IMG/VR virus record: IMGVR_UViG_3300045988_117996
Strand: one strand, 5' to 3'
DNA length: 36,107 nt
From: a virus
Shown here piece after piece: positions 22,027 through 29,299 of the stretch. Made by a program: the position numbers and the translations under genes. The notes under the pieces are model-generated. The model made no database searches. It was not told the DNA's origin and was given only the letters and a program-made list of their open reading frames with translations. How positions within the stretch are numbered: position 1 is the stretch's first letter; each line of letters starts with the position of its first letter.

Positions 22027-22911
22027 ATGGCTCCGAAAGAGGCAATCGAGAAGATCAGCGCACTCGGTATAGAGATCGGGGTCGCGTCGACCGGCAGCGG
22101 GGACGACTACATCTCGCTCACGGACATAGCAAGGTACAAGAGCGATGAGCCGAAGATGGTGGTGCAGAACTGGATGAGGAACAGGAACACCATCGAGTTC
22201 CTCGGTGTTTGGGAGTCGCTCCACAACCCCGACTTTAAAGGCATCGAATTCGATGCCTTTAGGGAAGAGGCCGGGCTCAACTCCTTCACCCTGACGCCAA
22301 CGAAGTGGATTTCGAGGACAAACGCCATCGGCATAAGGACCAAGAGGGGGAGGTATGCGAGCGGCACGTTCGCCCACAAGGACATCGCATTCGAGTTCGC
22401 CTCGTGGATTTCCCCGGAATTCAAGCTCTACGTCATCAAAGACTACCAGCGTCTGAAGAACGACGAGAACAGCAGGATCTCCGGCGAGTGGAACGAGAAG
22501 AGGCTCTTCTCGAAGATCAACTACCGCATACACACCGACGCCGTAAAGGAGAACCTGCTGAAGCCGAGCATGAGCCGGCAGGTCGAGGGCTACACCTACG
22601 CAAACGAGGCGGACGTCCTCAACGTTGCCCTGTTCGGGATGACGGCAAAGCAGTGGCGGGAGTCGCACGAAGGCGCGACAGGCAACATCAGAGACGAGGC
22701 GAGCCTGCACCAGCTGCTCGTCCTCGCGAACCTCGAAAGCATGAACGCCGAGCTGATCAAGAGGGGAATCGACCGCAGACAGAGGGCGGCATACTTACGA
22801 GAGATGGCTATCAGCCAGCTCTCGACCCTCGAGGGCAGCCCCGTGATAGCGAAGATAGAAGCCGACGATGGAATAGCGGGCGAACTGCCAGAAGACGGGA
22901 CGGAGTCATAG
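22027..22911 (+). CDS. KilA-N domain protein (294 aa)
   Basis: YISLTDIARYK...NWMRNRNTIEFLGVWE...GTFAHKDIAFEFASWISPEFKLYVIKDYQRL. RBS GGAGGAG. Confidence 0.8.
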   Translation: MAPKEAIEKISALGIEIGVASTGSGDDYISLTDIARYKSDEPKMVVQNWMRNRNTIEFLGVWESLHNPDFKGIEFDAFREEAGLNSFTLTPTKWISRTNAIGIRTKRGRYASGTFAHKDIAFEFASWISPEFKLYVIKDYQRLKNDENSRISGEWNEKRLFSKINYRIHTDAVKENLLKPSMSRQVEGYTYANEADVLNVALFGMTAKQWRESHEGATGNIRDEASLHQLLVLANLESMNAELIKRGIDRRQRAAYLREMAISQLSTLEGSPVIAKIEADDGIAGELPEDGTES

Positions 22912-22993
22912 CCCGACGCCGTTCCCTGCACCGCGAACGTGAGGGTCGGCAAGAGCGACATTCCATGCGTCTACATCTAGGGAGGTGATGCCC

Positions 22994-23137
22994 ATGAAAG
23001 CAAAAAATCTCGGGACCATAGGCCGATGCCGAGGTCCCGAGACTAAGGAGACGGCCCCTGCACTTTGGAACGTGAGACGGGGCCGGAGTCAGAACCGGGC
23101 GAAACGGAGAATAAGCCCGCGATCTGAACGGATCTGA
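22994..23137 (+). CDS. Possible small arginine-rich ORF (47 aa)
   Basis: GGGAGGTGA RBS 5 nt upstream. Translates to MKAKNLGTIGRCRGPETKETAPALWNVRRGRSQNRAKRRISPRSERI. Low complexity, may be non-coding. Confidence 0.25.
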   Translation: MKAKNLGTIGRCRGPETKETAPALWNVRRGRSQNRAKRRISPRSERI

Positions 23138-23278
23138 TTATATGACAAAGTACTGAGACAGTTTGCCGCAGCTCGCTATTGATGCTGACCATCAGGCAAA
23201 ACTCGCTGACGGTACCGCGACACGCTGACCGCGCTTGGGGTTTTGCGCCCACTTGGGATATTCGAGGGATACGAGAAA

Positions 23279-23312
23279 GGGGCCGTGGCGCCGAACCGCC
23301 ACGGCCCCTTTT
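23279..23312. terminator. Bidirectional rho-independent terminator between the lysogeny and lysis operons
   Basis: 12-bp stem ggggccgtggcg / cgccacggcccc, preceded by gaaa and followed by tttt. Confidence 0.75.
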
Positions 23313-23316
23313 GCTG

Positions 23317-23418
23317 TTATCGCCCGCGGTCGCTCCCGCCCCAGATCAGGGCGAGCGCGACAACCGTGACGAAGCTGCCCAAAATCGCGCCGAGCGCCGC
23401 GCCCATGACGAAAGCCAT
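23317..23418 (-). CDS. Small membrane protein (33 aa) at the end of the lysis cassette
   Basis: TAATG coupling to the endolysin stop. Translates to MAFVMGAALGAILGSFVTVVALALIWGGSDRGR. Confidence 0.45.
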   Translation of the reverse strand: MAFVMGAALGAILGSFVTVVALALIWGGSDRGR

Positions 23419-24491
23419 TACCACGGCACCCCGTCGGTGACGCAGACCTGCAGACGGTCGAGCGGCTCGCCGTAGATGCCCGCGTAGTCGTCGCCGCCGT
23501 AGGTCGTGCCGTCGTCGCACACCGTGTCGAGCCAGCCCGCGCGCGCAGTGGTCTGGGAGCGGTACCACGCCTGCTTGTACTCCTCGCCGTCGGGCGTCAC
23601 ATAGTACATGCGTACGCCGTCGATGGTGTGGCCGACGATGCCCGCACAGCCGTTTACGGTGTCGTTGCGGTCGCCCTTGGCGACCCAGTCGAGCCAGCCG
23701 TCCTCGACGGTGTGGACCTGATACTTGAGCGTGCCGCGATCGACTCGGGCGCAGAGCAGGTCATGGGCCTTGCACGGGTAGCCCGCAAAGCCGTTATCGC
23801 CAGCGCCGAAGTCCGTCACCTCGTCCAGCCAGCCGCCGCCCTTGAGGTGCAGCGAGTAGTGGACGGGGACGAGGGCGCCAGTGGAGCGCGGGAAACCGCC
23901 CGGCGCGCCCTGCGAGGCCGAGGGCGTCGCGGGCGTGGACGGGGGTGTCACGGTCGGCGCGGACGGCTGCGTGCCTCCCACCATCGCGTCGTACCACTCG
24001 ACGGCGCGCTGCATGTAGTGGTCGCGCTGCGAGCCAGCCAGCTCGCCGGGGCAGGCCGTGGACGACCAGTGCTTGTGCGGGAACACGTTCACCATCCATG
24101 CCGGGCGGCCCAGCCCGTAGTACAGGCACAGCGCCGCCACGAGGTGCGCACCGCTCTCGATGGCGGCCTCGTGCACGGTCCACGGGCCGCGGGCGCTGTT
24201 GGCGTGCTCGATGGAGATCGTGGTGTCGTTGCCGCCGCCCGTGCCGATGCCGTCGCCGCAAGCGTAGGCGCGGTCGGTGTCGTTGACGTGCTGCACGATG
24301 TAGCCGTTGCGGTCGACCGAGTAGTGGGCAGAGCAGCCGTTGGCGGCCCAGATGCTGTTGCACTGGGCCGCATTGAGGTCACCCGCCATGTGGTGGATCG
24401 TGACGCCCTTGATGCCGAAGGGTCGTCCCGCCGAGAAGTTGCAGCCGAGGAGCTTGTACTCGTCCGGTTGGACGTTCGCGAAATCTGCCAT
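23418..24491 (-). CDS. Endolysin: N-acetylmuramoyl-L-alanine amidase (Amidase_2/PGRP) plus three C-terminal GW-type wall-binding repeats
   Basis: GVTIHHMAGD...SAHYSVD...ISIEHAN...HKHWSSTACPG. P/T-rich linker. Repeats GGGWLDEV.., EDGWLDWV.., RAGWLDTV... Start at ATG 24491. Confidence 0.85.
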   Translation of the reverse strand: MADFANVQPDEYKLLGCNFSAGRPFGIKGVTIHHMAGDLNAAQCNSIWAANGCSAHYSVDRNGYIVQHVNDTDRAYACGDGIGTGGGNDTTISIEHANSARGPWTVHEAAIESGAHLVAALCLYYGLGRPAWMVNVFPHKHWSSTACPGELAGSQRDHYMQRAVEWYDAMVGGTQPSAPTVTPPSTPATPSASQGAPGGFPRSTGALVPVHYSLHLKGGGWLDEVTDFGAGDNGFAGYPCKAHDLLCARVDRGTLKYQVHTVEDGWLDWVAKGDRNDTVNGCAGIVGHTIDGVRMYYVTPDGEEYKQAWYRSQTTARAGWLDTVCDDGTTYGGDDYAGIYGEPLDRLQVCVTDGVPW

Positions 24492-24492
24492 G

Positions 24493-24798
24493 TTAGTCCT
24501 CCTTGATGTCGCCGAGCGCGAGCAGCGCGTCGAGCCATTTGTCCGTGATGCCGACGGATTTGAAGGCGGCATAGGCCATCTGCACGCCGCCAACACACGA
24601 GAAGATGGACGTCACCAACGCCGAGGGGTCGGTGGGCACGCCTCCCGCCATGGCCGTGAGGGCGCCGCACCCCGCCGAGACGGCGATGGCCGTCCAGCGG
24701 GCGACGCTACCCGTCATGGCCTTGGTCTTGATGGCCTGCACGATGTACGGCACGACCAGCACCGTGCACACCGTGAGCCCTGCCTGAATCTCAGTCAT
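24493..24798 (-). CDS. Holin (101 aa, about 3 hydrophobic segments)
   Basis: Directly upstream of the endolysin. MTEIQAGLTVCTVLVVPYIVQAIK.. RBS AGGAG. Confidence 0.7.
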   Translation of the reverse strand: MTEIQAGLTVCTVLVVPYIVQAIKTKAMTGSVARWTAIAVSAGCGALTAMAGGVPTDPSALVTSIFSCVGGVQMAYAAFKSVGITDKWLDALLALGDIKED

Positions 24799-24808
24799 TT
24801 GATTGCTC

Positions 24809-25222
24809 CTATCTGTTTGTCTCCTTGTTGTACATGAGGTCGACGCGGTCGTAGATGTGGTCGACCTTATCGGCCATCCCCTGGCTGCGCGCCTGGCTGT
24901 GGACCAGATCGGCGTGCAACACGTCATTTGACGCGACGACCGACTCCATGAGGGTCTTCATCCCCTCAATCAAGGTGTTGCTGCGCTCCATCTGCGCCGC
25001 GATGCGCCCCTCCATCTGCGAGCGTTCCCGGTCTCGCTGCGCGCGCTCGTCCACCTCGGCCTGCTTTCGCGCTTCGCGCTTGAGGTCGAGCTCGCCCTTC
25101 CGTTGGTTTTGTCGCTTGTACTCGTCCAAAAATTGCCTACCAAAGTAAGCGGCGATGATCACTAGCGCCGCGCCACCGAGCCATCCCGGCCCATAGGGCG
25201 CGAACAGCTTTAGTACCTCCAT
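24809..25222 (-). CDS. Membrane-anchored coiled-coil protein (137 aa)
   Basis: Start ATG 25222 (RBS GGGAGG). N-terminal TM GWLGGAALVIIAAYF followed by a charged coiled-coil. Confidence 0.6.
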   Translation of the reverse strand: MEVLKLFAPYGPGWLGGAALVIIAAYFGRQFLDEYKRQNQRKGELDLKREARKQAEVDERAQRDRERSQMEGRIAAQMERSNTLIEGMKTLMESVVASNDVLHADLVHSQARSQGMADKVDHIYDRVDLMYNKETNR

Positions 25223-25239
25223 CCGGCCTCCCTTCCGTT

Positions 25240-25277
25240 CTGCAGTGTGGCGGGGCCCATTCCCCGCCACACTGCAG
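25240..25277. promoter_or_regulatory. Perfect 16-bp inverted repeat (6-nt loop) between the tail and lysis modules
   Basis: ctgcagtgtggcgggg cccatt ccccgccacactgcag. No U-tract on either strand. Confidence 0.6.
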
Positions 25278-25299
25278 GTTCGGGCCACCGTAACGCGGC

Positions 25300-25557
25300 C
25301 TACCGCGCCGCCATCGTGCCGACGCACACGGCCAGCGGGCCCTGCGACAGGATCACGGCGCGGTCGGTGATGATGCACCCCGTGCAGGAGCGCACCATCG
25401 GGACCGTCACCACCGCGCCGTGCAGCATCACGTCGAGCGCCGTGTCGTGGACGCCCACGACCGTGCCGAACTCCATCGTCAGGTGCTTTCCGCCCGACGG
25501 CATCGCCGCCGCCAGGCGCGCCGCGGCGCCCTTGATCTCGACCGCCGAATCGTTCAT
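25300..25557 (-). CDS. Hypothetical tail-associated protein (85 aa)
   Basis: ATGA coupling to the Tal stop. MNDSAVEIKGAAARL... Confidence 0.55.
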   Translation of the reverse strand: MNDSAVEIKGAAARLAAAMPSGGKHLTMEFGTVVGVHDTALDVMLHGAVVTVPMVRSCTGCIITDRAVILSQGPLAVCVGTMAAR

Positions 25558-27119
25558 CGCTCGTACCTCCTCGCCGTGTGCTTTATGACGCAGCCGGCGT
25601 CGAGCGTCAGCGTCTGCTTCTGGATTGCCAGCTTGCCGACAACCCCGCCGGTCCTGTAGTTCATCGCCACCGCCATGCACGGCTCGACGGGCTTGTAGAC
25701 GCTCCTGAACTCGTCCGTGCGCGTCACGGCGCGCTCGGTGGCGAGCAGCTCCGCCGCCTTGCGGTCCGCCGCCGCCTGCATGGCGTCCTGGGGCCAAGGC
25801 GTGGCGTTGCCTCCCTCCTCGACCTTGTCGGCGACGAAGATGGCCTCGCCGCCGTCGATGTAGCAGTAGCCCCAGCTGACCTTGCTGTGGTTCTCCGTGG
25901 CGTGGTAGGTGTAGCTGACCTTCTGCCACTCGCCAGTCATGGTGAACCCCTTGGTCACCGGGCCAAGCGCCCTCTCCTGATCCCAGAAAGACTGTATGAT
26001 GCCCGTCGCGCCCTTAGCGCCCTTGACCCACACGCTCTGCGTGTAGTCCGTATCCTTCTTGACGCTCGGCCCCTCGTCCTGGCAGAAGCCGACGCGCCCA
26101 CCGCTCGAGACGGCCTTGATGCCGAAGAGCACGCCCGCCTGCGGCGAGTCGGGGACGTAGACGGTCTGGATGCTGCCGTGAGTGTCGCTCTGCCTGAAGC
26201 TCTTGTCGGCCTTCTTGCCAGTGCCGATGAGGGCGTTGGCGGCGCCCTCGACAAGGTTGGCGTCCTCGGTATCCACACCCGGCAGGCTGTCGTAGCTGTA
26301 GCTCTTGGCGATTCGACGACCGACCGAGACGGTCGAGAGGTCTGAATCGGGCGAGTCGTCCACCGCCGTGCCACGCACCGATGCGTCCTGCGTGCTGAAG
26401 TCCACGTGCACGACGTTGCAGACCTCGGCTCGGTTGGTCGATTCGGTCATGTCCGACATGAAGCGCGCGTCCCTGCCCTCGGTGAACTCAGCCGAGATGG
26501 GCATGTCGGCAGGCTCGACGTAGCGCCTGAAGAGCACGTTGCCCATGCGGTCGGTCGAGGCCGAGCGGAACCCCGCCGCCTCGAGGAGCAGGTTCACGGC
26601 GTCCAGCTTGGTCTTGGCGTCGTTGTTCTTGCCCACGCCGAACACCCAGTTGCTGCCCAACAGGAGGCTGCTGCTGTCGGCGTAGACGGTGAGGCCGACC
26701 GACTCGGCTATCTTGACGGCCTCCTCCACCGCATTGCTGTCCTGCGCGATCACGTAGGGGCCGTCGAAGTCGTCGTCCTTGAGCAGCTTCAGGAGGCCGT
26801 AGGCGTCGATCTGGCCCTCGCGGTAGGCGCCGTCGATGTCCACCGAGTCCACCTGCGGCATGAATGTTCCGAGGCACTCGCGCCTCTTACTGCCGTCCGT
26901 GAAGGTGGCGTTGAGGTACACACGCAGAAAGTCGTTGCCAACGTCGAACTTGTCGGCGAAGTCCAGGGATGCAGTCTCATAGAGCGCCGTGTTCGCATTG
27001 CGCTCGATGGAGCCGCCGTTCTCGATGTCGCGAACGAAGTCGAGCTCGAGCCCCGTCTCGCGCGAGACGCGCACGAAGTCGTAGGAGGCGTCGAACGGCC
27101 TTATCCAGCTATCAGCCAT
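25554..27119 (-). CDS. Tail-associated protein (Tal-like) with a C-terminal carbohydrate-binding-like domain (521 aa)
   Basis: Position after Dit. N-terminal half typical of the siphovirus Tal/prophage tail endopeptidase fold (from memory). Confidence 0.65.
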   Translation of the reverse strand: MADSWIRPFDASYDFVRVSRETGLELDFVRDIENGGSIERNANTALYETASLDFADKFDVGNDFLRVYLNATFTDGSKRRECLGTFMPQVDSVDIDGAYREGQIDAYGLLKLLKDDDFDGPYVIAQDSNAVEEAVKIAESVGLTVYADSSSLLLGSNWVFGVGKNNDAKTKLDAVNLLLEAAGFRSASTDRMGNVLFRRYVEPADMPISAEFTEGRDARFMSDMTESTNRAEVCNVVHVDFSTQDASVRGTAVDDSPDSDLSTVSVGRRIAKSYSYDSLPGVDTEDANLVEGAANALIGTGKKADKSFRQSDTHGSIQTVYVPDSPQAGVLFGIKAVSSGGRVGFCQDEGPSVKKDTDYTQSVWVKGAKGATGIIQSFWDQERALGPVTKGFTMTGEWQKVSYTYHATENHSKVSWGYCYIDGGEAIFVADKVEEGGNATPWPQDAMQAAADRKAAELLATERAVTRTDEFRSVYKPVEPCMAVAMNYRTGGVVGKLAIQKQTLTLDAGCVIKHTARRYER

Positions 27120-29298
27120 TGGCGGGCTCCTCCCACGTCTCCCACGTCGGGTCGCACGAGGCCACCCACGCGCCGTCGGAACGCTTCACGCTGCAACTCA
27201 GGCGGGCGCGGAACCGCTCGCCGTGGAGGTCGCGCACCCAGAAGCGCCCCGCCATGTTCATGACCTCGAGGAATGACTTGTAGTCCTCCTCGTCGAGCAG
27301 CAGGAAGTCCATGCTGTCCTTGACGTCCCTCTCGTTGATGCCGTACGAGACGGGCAGTCCCTCCCCGCCGTCGGCAAAGTGCAGCATCTTGTATCCGTGC
27401 GTCACCGTACGGCTCGAGCCCTTCTTGAGGTAGCGTCCGAGCCACGACTTCTCCGCGCCGGCTCCCCAGTTGAAAGCTACCGCGCGGCTCGCCACGGCCG
27501 TCTTGACCCTCGTCGCCGCGCTCACGCCCGTCGCCGCGTACGCGACGGCAACGTACTCAAACTCGCTGTTGAGCGGCGGCAGCGGGTCGCTCGCGCCCTC
27601 GCCCGCCGCGAGGTGCGAGCCGAGCTGCAGGGTCGAGCCGTCGGGAAGGACGCGCGACACGGTGAAGTAGGAAGTGTCGGGCGTGTCCTCGCTCTCCGGT
27701 GCGCCGGGGAATACGGCAAGCTGGCAGCCGAGCCTATCGTCGACGAACACGTTGAGCGACGGCTTGGCCGGCGGCGCCCAGTCGGTCTGGAAAACTCTCG
27801 AGGCGGCGACCGACAGCGACGATCCGGCTGTGACCGTGAGCACGACCCTGTAGACCGTGCGGTTGACGAAGGCGTGCTGCGCATAGCCCAGGCGGAAGGA
27901 GCGCGCGTCCTTGTCCACAGTCCCGCTCCACAGGAGGTTGCCCCTGATGTCGCACAGAGCCAGATGCTGTCGGCTGACGCCCGTCTCGTCGGCCACCTTC
28001 CACGTGAAGGCATGCGGCACCGCGCGCAGGGTCGCCCCGTCCGCAGCCGGATCGGTGAAGAATGCCTGGGGCGCGTCCGCCACGGTATATGCCGCCGCGC
28101 TCGACCATGCGCCCCAGTCCTCGTCGAGGCCCTTTGTGCGCACGCGCACGGTGTAGAGGCCCTTGGTGCCGGTCGGCAGCTTCAGGCTCGTACCCGGGCC
28201 ATCGACCGTCGTGGTGGTGGGACCCGTCGGCGTCGTGACCTGCACCTCGGCTGAGGTCTGCGCCGAGCCGTCCGGATGGTTGGGCACCCATTCGAGCGTC
28301 GCGGTCGAACCTGTGGCGTAAGCCGCCCTGACGCCCCTGATGGACGGTGCGAGCGGCGGGCATATTGTCGTGACCTCGTTTGACTCGGTCCACGGTCCCT
28401 TGAGGCCGCTCTTGACCGCGCGGGCGCGGTAGCGCACCGTACCCGCCGGCGCCTCCTCGTCCTCCCATGAGGCGTTCACGTCCGCATCGACCCACGTCTT
28501 TCCGTCGTCGGTCGTGAGCTGGAACTCCCAGCTGTCGACGAAGGTCGGCGCGTCGTGTCCCTTGAGCACGACCTTCGCCGCCTCCGCCTTGACGGCCTCG
28601 AGCATGCCGAGCGCCGTCGGCGTGGTGTAGATCGCCGGTGCGCTCACGCCGTAGTCCGACGTGCCGCCGGGGCCCGTCGCCTTGGCTGAGAAGATGTACA
28701 TGCAGCCCGGCTCGAGGCCGTTGTAGGTGTGGCTCGTGGTATCCCAACTGACGGTGCCGACGTCGGTGAACTTCCCCGGGCCGTTCTTCACCACGCCGAC
28801 GGTCACGGTCGACCAGGGGTAGTCGCCGTTCATGCCCGTGTAGTCGACGTCCCAGCTGACCTTCGCGCTGGTGTCGCTCAGGCGCTCCGCCCTGATGTTC
28901 TTCGGCGTGTGCGGCGTGTGGTAGGCGCGGCACGGGACCGTGACGGTGTTGGAGGCGTTCGACGTTCCGTTGCCGAAGCCGCCCGTGACGTTAATCTGGC
29001 CCGTGAAGGTGTGGTTGTAGGCGTCGCCGTTGCCGCGCGCGAGCACGACGTCGCGCGACGTGCACTGCACCCACACCCAGCCGGAGTTGTTCGTCGAGTA
29101 GACTGAGCCGTTCCACGAGCCGCCCGCCGACGAGCTGCCGTTTGCGTAGCAGTCGATGGCGTAGCGCGTGCCGTAGCCGTGCGTGACGCGGTAGGTCACG
29201 GTGGTGTCCGTGCGCCCGACCTCAGCAACGTCCACGTACGCGCACCAGCAGTACTTTCTATAGCCACTGCCGCCTTGAACCAAGTTTCCCTGCGCCAT
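27112..29298 (-). CDS. Distal tail protein (Dit-like C-terminus) with an FN3-repeat-rich extension (728 aa)
   Basis: Start ATG 29298, right after the TMP stop. FN3-like modules (NIRAERLSDTSAKVSWD.., ATLEWVPN..YTVRVRTKG). C-terminal tail-component-like region. Confidence 0.65.
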   Translation of the reverse strand: MAQGNLVQGGSGYRKYCWCAYVDVAEVGRTDTTVTYRVTHGYGTRYAIDCYANGSSSAGGSWNGSVYSTNNSGWVWVQCTSRDVVLARGNGDAYNHTFTGQINVTGGFGNGTSNASNTVTVPCRAYHTPHTPKNIRAERLSDTSAKVSWDVDYTGMNGDYPWSTVTVGVVKNGPGKFTDVGTVSWDTTSHTYNGLEPGCMYIFSAKATGPGGTSDYGVSAPAIYTTPTALGMLEAVKAEAAKVVLKGHDAPTFVDSWEFQLTTDDGKTWVDADVNASWEDEEAPAGTVRYRARAVKSGLKGPWTESNEVTTICPPLAPSIRGVRAAYATGSTATLEWVPNHPDGSAQTSAEVQVTTPTGPTTTTVDGPGTSLKLPTGTKGLYTVRVRTKGLDEDWGAWSSAAAYTVADAPQAFFTDPAADGATLRAVPHAFTWKVADETGVSRQHLALCDIRGNLLWSGTVDKDARSFRLGYAQHAFVNRTVYRVVLTVTAGSSLSVAASRVFQTDWAPPAKPSLNVFVDDRLGCQLAVFPGAPESEDTPDTSYFTVSRVLPDGSTLQLGSHLAAGEGASDPLPPLNSEFEYVAVAYAATGVSAATRVKTAVASRAVAFNWGAGAEKSWLGRYLKKGSSRTVTHGYKMLHFADGGEGLPVSYGINERDVKDSMDFLLLDEEDYKSFLEVMNMAGRFWVRDLHGERFRARLSCSVKRSDGAWVASCDPTWETWEEPANG

Positions 29299-29299
29299 G

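Noticed and set aside
21262-22710. 482-aa minus-strand ORF across the CI-like and KilA-N genes
   Set aside because: It is antisense to two plus-strand genes with clear HTH/S24 and KilA-N signatures and good RBSs, and it has no recognisable domain. It is a high-GC artefact.
23140-23280. A possible tRNA or tRNA-derived attP core in the lower-GC non-coding stretch
   Set aside because: I could find no cloverleaf and no GGTTCGAATCC-like T-arm by eye. tRNAscan/ARAGORN would be the decisive check.
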